Source: an uncultured Gammaproteobacteria bacterium
Lineage (GTDB): Bacteria; Pseudomonadota; Gammaproteobacteria; Xanthomonadales; Rhodanobacteraceae
Length of the DNA: 64,000 nt
Direction of reading: 5' to 3'
Assembly (NCBI GenBank): GCA_963820885.1
Contig: CAWGBQ010000003.1
Span: forward strand, 15,684 to 79,683
The position numbers and the translations under genes were made by a program. A model generated the notes under the pieces. That model had not been told where the DNA came from. It did not search any database and saw nothing but the letters and a program-made list of their open reading frames with translations. Numbering within the stretch: the first letter of the stretch is position 1; each line of letters opens with the position of its first letter. Of this stretch, positions 1 through 8,775 are shown piece by piece.

Positions 1-143
1 TGCACGGACCAGCCTTCGCGCAATCCGGCGATGACGCCGAGCCCGACGATGGCGACGAGCAAGACTGAAAGGATCGGCCAGACGATTCGCAAGCCCAAGA
101 GCAGGCCGGCGGCGAAGGTGCGCCTCATTGTGTTCGCGGCCAT
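1..143 (-). CDS. Probable small membrane protein, potassium-channel family-like (N-terminal part, truncated by window edge)
   Basis: Manual translation from ATG at 143: MAANTMRRTFAAGLLLGLRIVWPILSVLLVAIVGLGVIAGLREGWSV; hydrophobic helix followed by EGWS, as seen before the pore loop of small ion-channel proteins; GGGAG upstream. Confidence 0.5.
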   Translation of the reverse strand, partial: MAANTMRRTFAAGLLLGLRIVWPILSVLLVAIVGLGVIAGLREGWSV

Positions 144-314
144 GGAGCCGTTCTCCCATTGTTGAGGTGTGGACTACTCCCTGCATGTCGTCGATGTAGT
201 CGTCGGAGCGACGTTGAAGCGCATCGGGCGCGCGTTGATCGTGTCGACGAGCGCTGGGACCACGTGCGGACGACACAGCAAGACCCTCGGAGCGCCGTCA
301 TAAGTGCCTGTTTT

Positions 315-403
315 TGGTGCCCGGAGCCAGACTCGAACTGGCATGACGGTGTCCCGTCGAGAGATTTTAAGTCTCTTGCGTCTACCGATTTCGCCACCCG
401 GGC
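315..403 (-). tRNA. tRNA-Leu, anticodon UAA
   Basis: Reverse complement GCCCGGGTGGCGAAATCGGTAGACGCAAGAGACTTAAAATCTCTC...GCCAGTTCGAGTCTGGCTCCGGGCACCA; long variable arm, TTCGA T-loop, encoded CCA. Confidence 0.97.
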
Positions 404-460
404 GCGGACGTAAGGATCGCAGACTCGACAGGCTGCGGCCAATGAAGCGCGCAAGCGCCG

Positions 461-925
461 TTACGACCGCGCCGAGCCATTCTCGCCGGCGCGCACGCGC
501 GTCAGCATCAGGGTGGTCTGTCCGACGACCAGCACGTCGCCTTCGACGATCTCGGTCACGAGCGACTGGCGGTTGTTGACGCGCGTCTGGTTCGTCGAGC
601 CGAGATCGCGCACCCAGCAGCGGCCCACCGTGCACCAGACGACGCAGTGATGGCGCGAGACGGTCGGGTCCCGGATCTGCAGGTCGACGCCGGTGCTGCG
701 GCCGATGACGGTCGGCGCCGGACCAATCGCGATGCGCCGCCCGGGCGATTCGCCTTCGATGACGGCGAGTGCGAATGCATCGGTGCCCGCCTCGGCGCGA
801 ACTGCGGGCGACACGCATCGCGGCGCCGAAATCGCTTCGTCGACTAGCACGCTCGAACCCTCCACACGCGATCCATTGATACGGATCGTAAAAACGCCGC
901 GATTCCCGCCATCGGCGCGCGGCAT
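461..925 (-). CDS. FHA domain-containing protein (start uncertain)
   Basis: FHA motifs IGR...VSRHHC...DLGSTN.T.VN...GDVLVVG. Confidence 0.85.
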   Translation of the reverse strand: MPRADGGNRGVFTIRINGSRVEGSSVLVDEAISAPRCVSPAVRAEAGTDAFALAVIEGESPGRRIAIGPAPTVIGRSTGVDLQIRDPTVSRHHCVVWCTVGRCWVRDLGSTNQTRVNNRQSLVTEIVEGDVLVVGQTTLMLTRVRAGENGSARS

Positions 926-1026
926 CCGCGTGTGCGCACAAGCCGCTGGCGGATTCGGCCGCCGATTTCCGTAATCACGTCAAACAGCTCGCGCGCATCG
1001 CGCGAGCCGAATCACCGAAGGAACGT

Positions 1027-1467
1027 TTGACACCGATGCCAATGACATCGAACGACCGCCAGCGCCTCGCCACAAGCTGGCTGCTGATGCAGAAAACGCC
1101 CGAACTCGGCGCGACGCGCGAGGATCTCGCCTGGGTCGTCGAGAAAGTCTGGGATCTGTGCGACGACGCGCCGAACGATGCGTTCGAGTTCATCCTCGCC
1201 GTGCTCGATCGCGACGCCTCGCACGCGACGCTCGCGATCCTCTGCGCGGGCCCGCTCGAAGCGCTGCTGCGCCGGCACGGGCCGCGCATCATCGGTCGCG
1301 TCGAGCGGCGCGCGCGGCGCGACCCGAACCTTTCGCGGCTGCTCGAGCATGTCTGGCAGAGCGCGCTGCCGAAGACGATCTGGGCGCGCGTGCAGCATAT
1401 GCGCGAGCGCCAGCTGGCGCGCGACGTCGCCGACACGTATCGCGTCGGCGCGGCCGCGGGTTATTGA
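1027..1467 (+). CDS. Hypothetical protein, DUF6869-like
   Basis: Normal codon usage; motif AGPLEALL..HG..II.RVE..ARRDP...LL..VW. Confidence 0.65.
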   Translation: MTPMPMTSNDRQRLATSWLLMQKTPELGATREDLAWVVEKVWDLCDDAPNDAFEFILAVLDRDASHATLAILCAGPLEALLRRHGPRIIGRVERRARRDPNLSRLLEHVWQSALPKTIWARVQHMRERQLARDVADTYRVGAAAGY

Positions 1468-1645
1468 TCGGCCGGGTGGCGGGAAACGGCACCCGGTTCC
1501 GTATCGAACAGGGAGCGTCCGTCGCGCGTCCGCATCAGCGTGCGTTCTCCAGCGCACGGGTCCGTTGACGAGTCCCGATCCTCGTACGGATCGCCGCGGC
1601 GGGCGCTCGCTGCCGCGCAGACCAGGTCCCTCGGCGCGCTCCCTT

Positions 1646-1696
1646 GGCTTTCGCAAGCTTTCGGCTGTCGCAAGCTTTCGTCTTTCGCGAGCTCTC
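1646..1696. repeat. 3 x 17-bp imperfect tandem repeat
   Basis: ggctttcgcaagctttc / ggctgtcgcaagctttc / gtctttcgcgagctctc. Confidence 0.7.
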
Positions 1697-1945
1697 GCCG
1701 AATGCACCGCGCGTCGCGCCGATCCGGATCACGGCGCGCGCATCGTGCGCAGCCGGAGCGAACGGCTCGTCACCCGACGGCAACGCGTTCGTTCGACAGA
1801 GAAGTCATAACCGCCCGCCACGACCGAGCCTCCGCACTCGGTCGCGGGGACGGGATTGCACGCAAGCGTGCTCTCACGACCGTATTTCGGAAATACGGGG
1901 TCGAACCCGCCACACGCACGCAGATTTATTTGCCGATCCCGGAGT

Positions 1946-2040
1946 GAGCGCCCGCCGGACGACCCATCGATAGTGTGCTTGGGGGATATCGACGGGCCAG
2001 CGCAATTGTCGTGGCAAGACGATCAGTCCGGCGGGCACTC
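1946..2040 (-). ncRNA. Candidate structured small RNA (multi-stem, C-rich loop)
   Basis: 15-bp closing stem (1946-1960/2026-2040) and 10-bp inner stem (1963-1972/1987-1996); both mismatches become G-U pairs on the minus strand. Confidence 0.4.
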
Positions 2041-2179
2041 ATTGTTCATATACGAGAATCGGGGACCGATCCCGCCAAATGTCGCGAAACGGCGTGACCC
2101 CGCCGCGCGAGGCGCCGCGTTTCACAATCCAGAGTCCCGGCCGTGACGGCTTCCGGTCCGATGACTTAACCTTTCGGAC

Positions 2180-2731
2180 ATGGGGTCCGACAAGACCGAC
2201 GAGGAACTGATGCTCGCTTACGCCGGAGGCGACCTGCTCGCTTTCGAAATGCTTTACCGGCGCCACCGCGGCACGCTGTACCGCTTCCTGATGCGCACGC
2301 TGCGCCATCGCGCCGACGCCGACGAGCTGTTCCAGGACACCTGGAGCCGGCTCATCGCGGCTCGCGAGCGTTACCGGCCCGAAGCGAAGTTCACGACGTT
2401 TCTGCTGCAGATCGCGCACAATCTCGTCGTCGACCGGTTCCGGCGGCTGAAGCCACAGGCGTCGGACGAGGAAACCGAAGCCGTGTTCCGCCAACTCGAT
2501 GCCCCAGAAAGCGATCAGCCGGAGCACGCACTCACGGAGTTCGAGCAACGCCGTCGTCTTCAGATCGCGCTCGAGGAATTGCCCGAAGAACAGCGCGTCG
2601 CGTTCCTGCTGCGCATCGAAAGCGGCCTCGGGCTCGACGAAATCGGCGAGATCACCGGCGCCGGCCGCGAGACCGTGAAATCGCGCCTGCGCTACGCACT
2701 GGCGCGCATCCGTGCGAGGTTCGCGCCATGA
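2180..2731 (+). CDS. ECF RNA polymerase sigma factor
   Basis: Region 2 (AFEMLYRRH...DADELFQDTW) and region 4 (LEELPEEQR...ETVKSRLRYA). Confidence 0.95.
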   Translation: MGSDKTDEELMLAYAGGDLLAFEMLYRRHRGTLYRFLMRTLRHRADADELFQDTWSRLIAARERYRPEAKFTTFLLQIAHNLVVDRFRRLKPQASDEETEAVFRQLDAPESDQPEHALTEFEQRRRLQIALEELPEEQRVAFLLRIESGLGLDEIGEITGAGRETVKSRLRYALARIRARFAP

Positions 2732-3585
2732 GCGCGCGCGATCCCGACGACCTGCTGCGCGACGGCGGCGGCGAGATCGGCGATCTCTATCGTCGCCTGC
2801 CGCGCTACGAGCCGCCGCGCCGGCTCGATCGCGCCGTGCTGAACGAAGCCGCACGCGCAGTGCTCAGCGGCAAGCCGCCGCGACGGCAGCGCTGGATCAT
2901 TGGCGTCGGCTCTGCGGCCGGGCTTGTGCTCGCGGCCGGTCTCGCCTGGCGAATCGGGCACGAGCCGATCGGCCAGAACGCGCCCGTCGCACCGACCGCT
3001 GCGCCGATTGTCGTGCCGGTGCAGCCGATCGACGAATCGTCGCGCGCCAAGCGCGAAGCGCCCGCCCGCGGTGAAGCGGCGCCGGCCGAAGAATCGCCGC
3101 GCTCCGAACCGCCACAGGCGGCGGGCGCCGTCAGCAATCGCCAGGATCAATTGAAGGCGGTGCGCAAACAGCGCGCCGAGAGCAAACCCGCGTCGCCACC
3201 GATGCAGAATGAAGCACCGCCTCCCGCTGCAGCCGCAGTACCGACGCCAAAACCGTTCTCGGCCAGCGAGCAGGATCTCGATCAGCCAAAGGACGTGGAA
3301 AAGGCCGGGGCCGCCAGCGCCGGTAGCGCTGCGCAGACGCCGAGCGCCGCGTCCGCGGACAAGCGCGCCGCGACGAACGTGCGCGGCCGCGCGTCGCCGA
3401 CGCTGCCGAGCAGTTCCATCGAATTGCAGCGCGACATGCAGCTCGCGCCGCCGGACTGGCTCGCGCACGTCCGCGATCTCATGCAGCAGGGTCGGCGCCA
3501 GCAGGCGACCGAAAGCCTTCGCCTCTTCGTGCGCACGCACCCGGAGCACCGCGTGCCCGCGGATCTTCGCGAGTTGCTCGAATAA
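2728..3585 (+). CDS. Putative anti-sigma factor (single TM, Pro/Ala-rich linker, helical C-terminus)
   Basis: ATGA overlap with sigma gene; EPP..LDRAVL N-terminus, TM WIIGVGSAAGLVLAAGLAW. Confidence 0.7.
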   Translation: MSARDPDDLLRDGGGEIGDLYRRLPRYEPPRRLDRAVLNEAARAVLSGKPPRRQRWIIGVGSAAGLVLAAGLAWRIGHEPIGQNAPVAPTAAPIVVPVQPIDESSRAKREAPARGEAAPAEESPRSEPPQAAGAVSNRQDQLKAVRKQRAESKPASPPMQNEAPPPAAAAVPTPKPFSASEQDLDQPKDVEKAGAASAGSAAQTPSAASADKRAATNVRGRASPTLPSSSIELQRDMQLAPPDWLAHVRDLMQQGRRQQATESLRLFVRTHPEHRVPADLRELLE

Positions 3586-3595
3586 ACCGCAGCGG

Positions 3596-4159
3596 TTACG
3601 GCGCTTCGAGCGCGCCGGCGAACCGACCCATGAGCGGCCGGTAGTACTTCAGCTCCGAAATCGAATCGCGCACGTCGCTCAATGCCGTGTGCGTCGACTC
3701 CTTCGCGAAGCCGCGCGCGAGATCGGGCGACCAGCGCCTCGAGAGCTCCTTGATCGTCGACACGTCGAGATTGCGGTAGTGGAAATAACGCTCGAGCCGC
3801 GGCATCAGGCGATAGAGGAAACGCCGATCCTGGCAGATCGAGTTGCCGCACATCGGCGACTTGCCGGCGGACACGAACTGCGTGAGAAACTCGCACGTCA
3901 ACGCTTCGGCCGTGCCGAGATCGATCGTCGATTCGAGAACGCGCTGCCAGAGGCCGGACTTGCGGTGCTGGTTGCGGTTCCAGTCATCCATCCCCTCGAG
4001 CCGCTCGAGCGAATGGCGCAATGCGAACTCTGGGCCTTCGGCGAGGAGATTCAGGTCCTTGTCGGTGACGATCGTCGCGATCTCGAGGATCGAATCGCGA
4101 TCGGGATCGAGGCCCGTCATTTCGAGGTCGATCCAGATCAGGTTGTCCTCGTACAGCAT
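3596..4159 (-). CDS. orn: Oligoribonuclease
   Basis: [48 protein letters not shown]. Confidence 0.98.
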   Translation of the reverse strand: MLYEDNLIWIDLEMTGLDPDRDSILEIATIVTDKDLNLLAEGPEFALRHSLERLEGMDDWNRNQHRKSGLWQRVLESTIDLGTAEALTCEFLTQFVSAGKSPMCGNSICQDRRFLYRLMPRLERYFHYRNLDVSTIKELSRRWSPDLARGFAKESTHTALSDVRDSISELKYYRPLMGRFAGALEAP

Positions 4160-4284
4160 GCGCGACTCCTCCGATGTGCGTGGCGCCTCCCCGACAGGCC
4201 CGTCGCGCCGAGTTTAGCAGGCGGCGGCGATTGTCAGGCGCAGGTTCGCGCGGCTACGCTGGCGCGACCGGCAACGGACGCACG

Positions 4285-5713
4285 ATGCAGACTTTCCTCT
4301 GGCACGACTACGAGACGTTCGGCGCCGATCCGCGCCGCGATCGTCCGGCTCAATTCGCTGCAATCCGCACGACACCCGAGCTCGAGATCATCGGCGATCC
4401 GGTCTCGATCTTCTGCAAGCCCGCGCCCGACGTGCTGCCCTCGCCCGGCGCGTGCCTCGTCACCGGCATCACGCCGCAGCGCGCGGACGTCGAGGGCATC
4501 ATCGAAGCCGAGTTCGCGGCGCACGTGAACGAAATCCTCGCCGAGCCCGGCACCTGCGGCGTCGGCTACAACTCGCTGCGCTTCGACGACGAGTTCACGC
4601 GGCACCTGCTCTACCGCAACTTCTACGATCCTTATGCGCGCGAATGGGAGCACAACAACTCGCGCTGGGACGTCATCGATCTCGCGCGCATGTGCTATGC
4701 GCTGCGCCCGCACGGGATCGAATGGCCGGTCCGCGACGACGGCACGCCGAGCTTCCGGCTCGAAGATCTCGCGCGCGCGAACCACGTGCCGCAGCGCCGA
4801 GCGCACGACGCGCTTTCCGACGTCGAGGCGCTGCTTGGTTTCGCACGCATCCTTCGATACAAGCAGCCGCGCCTGTGGGACTGGCACTTCGCGCTCCGCA
4901 AGAAGCAGCGCGTGTTCGAGCTGCTCGACGTCGTCGCAGATGACACCGCTGCTGCACGTATCGTCGCGCTATCCGTCGAGCCGCGGCTGCCTCGCGATGG
5001 TCGCGCCGATCGCGGGCCATCCGACGTCGCCGAACGGCGTCATCGTTTACGACCTCGACAGCGATCCCGCACCGCTGCTCGAGCTCGACGCCGACACGAT
5101 CGCCGACCGCGTGTTCACGCGCCGCGCCGATCTCCCGGAAGGCATCGAACGCATTCCGCTCAAGACCGTGCGTGCGAACCGCACGCCGGCGCTCGCGCCG
5201 ATCAGCGTGCTGAAGGCGACGGACACGACGCGAATCGCGCTCGACGTCGAGAAGAACCTGCGTCACCTCGAACAGCTGCGCGCCGCCAGCGGCCTCGCCG
5301 AGAAAGTGCGCCGCGTGTTCGCGCGCGAATCGAAGCCGGAACCCGCTCTCGACGCCGAGGTCGCGCTCTACGACTGCTTCATGTCGGACGACGACCGCCT
5401 ATTGCTGCGCTCGGTCCGCGAAACGCCGCCGGAGCAACTCGGCGCGCGGCCGTTCGCGTTCAAGGACACGCGTTGCGCCGAGCTGCTATTCCGCTATCGT
5501 GCGCGCAACTGGCCGCAAACGCTGACGGCCGACGAATCGGCGCGCTGGCAGGACCTGCGCCGGCGCCGCCTCGAAACAGCGACTTCGGCGACGCCGCGCA
5601 CGCTCGACGAATACTTCGCCGAGATTGCCGAAGCCCGCGCCGACGAGAGGACGACGGCCGAGCAGCACGTCGTGCTCGACCAGCTCGAAGTCTGGGGCCG
5701 CACAATTCTGTAG
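4285..5713 (+). CDS. sbcB: Exodeoxyribonuclease I (apparent frameshift near 4935)
   Basis: FLWHDYETFG..P..DRPAQFAAIRT, GYNSLRFDDE, AHDALSDV; C-terminal LLFRYRARNWP in second frame. Confidence 0.95.
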
Positions 5714-5721
5714 AGGACACC

Positions 5722-6409
5722 ATGGCCGAGCAGTACTTCACCGCGGCGACGTTCAAGTTCCAGCGCGATCTCGCCAAGAACAACAACCGCACGTGGTTCG
5801 CCGCGAACAAGGCGCGCTACGAGGATGTGCTGCGCGATCCGTTCCTGCGCCTGATCGAGGACATGCAGGCGCCGCTCGCGAAGATCAGCAAGCACTATCG
5901 CGCCGATCCGCGTCCGAGCGGCGGCTCGATTGTTTCGCATCTATCGCGACACGCGCTTTCGCAACGACAAGACGCCGTACAAGACATGGGCCGGCGCACG
6001 CTTCGGCCACGAGCGCCGGCGCGAGATCTCGGCGCCATCGTTCTATCTGCATATCCAGCAGCGCGACTGCTTCGCCGGCGGCGGCCTCTGGCATCCCGAG
6101 CCGCCGACGCTGAAGAAGATCCGCGAGTTCCTCAGCGACAACCCGGCCGCGTGGAAGAAGGCGGTCTACGGCAAGGCATTCCGCGAGCGCTTCGAGTTCT
6201 GGGGCGAAGCGTTGACGCGCCCGCCGCGCGGATTCGATCCGCAGCACGAGCTGATCGAGGACATCAAGCGCCGCAACTTCGCCGCAGGTGCGGTGATTCC
6301 CGATGCGATCGCGACGTCGGATGAGTTGCTGCCGGCCGTCGTCGACACGTTCAAGCGGATCGCACCGATGATCGATTACCTCTGCGCGGCGCTCGAGCTC
6401 GAGTTCTGA
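5722..6409 (+). CDS. DUF2461 family protein (apparent frameshift near 5930)
   Basis: LAKNNNRTWF...FRIYRDTRF..DKTPYK...FYLHI; AGAGGA RBS. Confidence 0.9.
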
Positions 6410-6424
6410 GCTGTATCCGCGGCG

Positions 6425-6448
6425 GCCTCTCCCGCAAGCGGGAGAGGC
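6425..6448. repeat. REP-like palindrome
   Basis: GCCTCTCCCGC-AA-GCGGGAGAGGC; same family at 36.2 kb and 39.0 kb. Confidence 0.8.
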
Positions 6449-6456
6449 GAACGGCG

Positions 6457-6495
6457 TGTACGTCATCGTTCATGGCCGCTGTACGGTATCGGACG
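6457..6495 (+). promoter_or_regulatory. Putative tandem upstream activator (enhancer) sites
   Basis: TGTACG-TCAT-CGTTCA (6457-6472) and TGTACG-GTAT-CGGACG (6480-6495), pseudo-palindromes 23 bp apart, ~100 bp upstream of a sigma54 motif. Confidence 0.55.
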
Positions 6496-6591
6496 GTCGG
6501 CCGGCCCATGGATCTCGACGCAATCTTGGAAAGCCTCGTAACAGGCTGTTTAAGCTAAGTATTACGTCGTACTGAAATCGAGCGTATCCAC

Positions 6592-6607
6592 TGGCACGCC
6601 CCCTGCT
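6592..6607 (+). promoter_or_regulatory. Sigma54 (-24/-12) promoter
   Basis: TGGCACGCCCCCTGCT = GG-N10-GC; the operon encodes an NtrC-like activator. Confidence 0.75.
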
Positions 6608-6618
6608 ATTGCAGGGCC

Positions 6619-7872
6619 ATGGATATCGCCCGCCCCGAGCTCAAGAAAAAGAAACGCCGCCGCCAGTACGTCATCGGCGGCGCCGTCGCAGCCTGCCTTC
6701 TCGTCGCCGTCGCCGGTCTCGCGGCGCTGGGCCCCGCGATCCCGTCGGTCGAGCGCTCGAGCGTGCTCGTCGATCAGGTCAAGCGCGGCGAGCTGCTGCG
6801 CGAAGTGCGCGGACCCGGCACGCTGGTCCCGAAGGAAATCCGCTGGATCGCCGCCGAGACGGCCGCGCATGTCGAGCACATCGTCATCAAGCCCGGCGCG
6901 ATCGTGAAACCCGACACCGTGATTCTCGAGCTCGCCAATCCCGAAGTCGACGATCAACTCCTCGCGGCCAAGACCGCCGTGACGGCTGCGCAGTCCGACC
7001 TCGCCGCCAAGCGCACCGATCTCAACTCCAAGCTGCTCGACGAGCAATCGCAACACGCGCAGGCGAAAAGCGAATACGAAACCGCGCGCATGCAGGCCGA
7101 GGCCGAGAAACCCGTCGCCGAGAAAGGCGTCATCCCGGCCGTGCAATACAAGAAGAGCCTTGTCGTGCTGGAGCAGTCGAAGAACCGCATGGATCTCGAG
7201 GAGCAACGCGTCGTCGAGTTCCGCCGCAATATCGAATCGCAGCTCGCGGCCGAAAAGGCGCGCCTCGACCAGCTCGTCGCGACGCGCGAATTGCGTCAGC
7301 GCCAAGCCGATGCATTGCACGTCCGCGCCGGCATCGAAGGCATCCTGCAGCAGGTGCCGGTCGAGGAAGGCCAGCAGGTCGCCGCCGGCGCGAACCTCGC
7401 GCGCGTTGCGCGGCCGGGCGAGCTCATGGCCGAACTTCGCATCGCAGAAACGCAGGCGAAAGACGTCACGCTAGGCCAGCCGGTCAAGATCGACACGCGC
7501 AACGGCATCATCGAAGGCAAGGTGCTGCGCGTCGATCCCGCCGTGCAGAACGGCACCGTGCAGGTCGATGTCGATCTCGAAGGCAAGCTCCCGCCCGGCG
7601 CGCGTCCCGATCTTTCGGTCGACGGCACGGTCGAGATCGAGCGCCTGCCCGACGTGCTCTACGTCGGCCGCCCGGCGTTCGGCCAGTCCGATTCCGAAGT
7701 GCGCCTCTTCAAGCTTGATCAGGGCGGCGACGTCGCGAGCCGCGTGCCGGTCGAGCTCGGCAAGAGCTCGGTGAATCTCATCCAGATCGTCAAGGGCCTC
7801 AACGTCGGCGACCGCGTGATCCTGTCCGACACGAGTGCGTTCGACCAGCACGACCGCGTGCGGCTCAAGTAA
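6619..7872 (+). CDS. Periplasmic adaptor (HlyD/MacA-like membrane fusion protein)
   Basis: N-terminal TM, lipoyl halves, coiled coil, V.IDTRNG...RVDPAV.NGTV...ARPDLSVDG. Confidence 0.93.
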   Translation: MDIARPELKKKKRRRQYVIGGAVAACLLVAVAGLAALGPAIPSVERSSVLVDQVKRGELLREVRGPGTLVPKEIRWIAAETAAHVEHIVIKPGAIVKPDTVILELANPEVDDQLLAAKTAVTAAQSDLAAKRTDLNSKLLDEQSQHAQAKSEYETARMQAEAEKPVAEKGVIPAVQYKKSLVVLEQSKNRMDLEEQRVVEFRRNIESQLAAEKARLDQLVATRELRQRQADALHVRAGIEGILQQVPVEEGQQVAAGANLARVARPGELMAELRIAETQAKDVTLGQPVKIDTRNGIIEGKVLRVDPAVQNGTVQVDVDLEGKLPPGARPDLSVDGTVEIERLPDVLYVGRPAFGQSDSEVRLFKLDQGGDVASRVPVELGKSSVNLIQIVKGLNVGDRVILSDTSAFDQHDRVRLK

Positions 7873-7960
7873 GTGCTCGATCAAGGCAACGCGAGTAGAC
7901 GTTTCGGCATCCAACCGCATCCAAACCCCAACTTCAAATCCTCAAGGCACGATCCCGACG

Positions 7961-8731
7961 ATGAACACCGCCACGCAGAACGACCCGCTGATCAAGCTCG
8001 ACAGCATCAAGAAGGTGTTCCTGACCGATGAAGTCGAAACGCACGCGCTCGCCGGCGTCCATTTCGACATCGGCCGCGGCGAATACGTCTCGATCTCGGG
8101 ACCGTCGGGCTGCGGCAAGTCGACGCTGCTCGCGATCCTTGGCCTTCTCGACACGCCGAGCGACGGCGCCTACATGCTCAATGGCCGCCAGGTCGCCGAC
8201 ATCGGCGCGAGCGAGCGCGCGCTGATCCGCAACAAGGAAATCGGCTTCGTGTTCCAGGCGTTCAACCTGATCGGCGATCTCACGGTGTTCGAGAACGTCG
8301 AGCTGCCGCTGACGTACCGCGAAGGCGTCTCGAAGGCCGAGCGCCGCGAACGCACGATCGCCGCGCTCGAGCGCGTCGGGATGGCGCATCGCGTGAAGCA
8401 TTTCCCGGCGCAGCTCTCGGGCGGCCAGCAGCAGCGTGTCGCCGTCGCGCGCGCGCTCGTCGGCCAGCCATCGATCCTTCTGGCCGACGAGCCGACCGGC
8501 AACCTCGACTCGAAGAACGGCGAAGCGGTCATGCAGCTTCTGGACGAGCTGCACAAGCAAGGCTCGACGATCTGCATGGTCACGCACGATCCGCGCTACG
8601 CGGATTTCGCGGACCGCAAGATCTTCATGTTCGACGGCCGTGTCGTCGACGAGGAAACGATGCATCGCCTGCGTCACGAGGAGGATCAGCGATTGATGCG
8701 CAAGCCCGCGTCGAGCGGCGCGTCCGCATGA
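7961..8731 (+). CDS. ABC transporter ATP-binding protein (MacB/LolD-like)
   Basis: [33 protein letters not shown]. Confidence 0.96.
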   Translation: MNTATQNDPLIKLDSIKKVFLTDEVETHALAGVHFDIGRGEYVSISGPSGCGKSTLLAILGLLDTPSDGAYMLNGRQVADIGASERALIRNKEIGFVFQAFNLIGDLTVFENVELPLTYREGVSKAERRERTIAALERVGMAHRVKHFPAQLSGGQQQRVAVARALVGQPSILLADEPTGNLDSKNGEAVMQLLDELHKQGSTICMVTHDPRYADFADRKIFMFDGRVVDEETMHRLRHEEDQRLMRKPASSGASA

Positions 8732-8775
8732 ACGCCTGAAGCGTCCCGAAGCCCGCTGATCCACGAGGAAGCCGC

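Noticed and set aside
1-403. Genomic island integrated at tRNA-Leu
   Set aside because: No integrase or duplicated tRNA 3' end visible; only 314 bp of flank are in the window
315-403. bldA-like control by rare TTA codons
   Set aside because: In-frame TTA codons exist (e.g. 12695 in permease 2 and near the GT41 3' end), but no enrichment can be shown by eye
1646-1696. CRISPR array
   Set aside because: Repeats are contiguous with no spacers and no cas genes
4174-6324. 716-aa SbcB-DUF2461 fusion ORF
   Set aside because: Produced by frameshifts; SbcB stops at 5713 and DUF2461 has its own RBS and ATG at 5722
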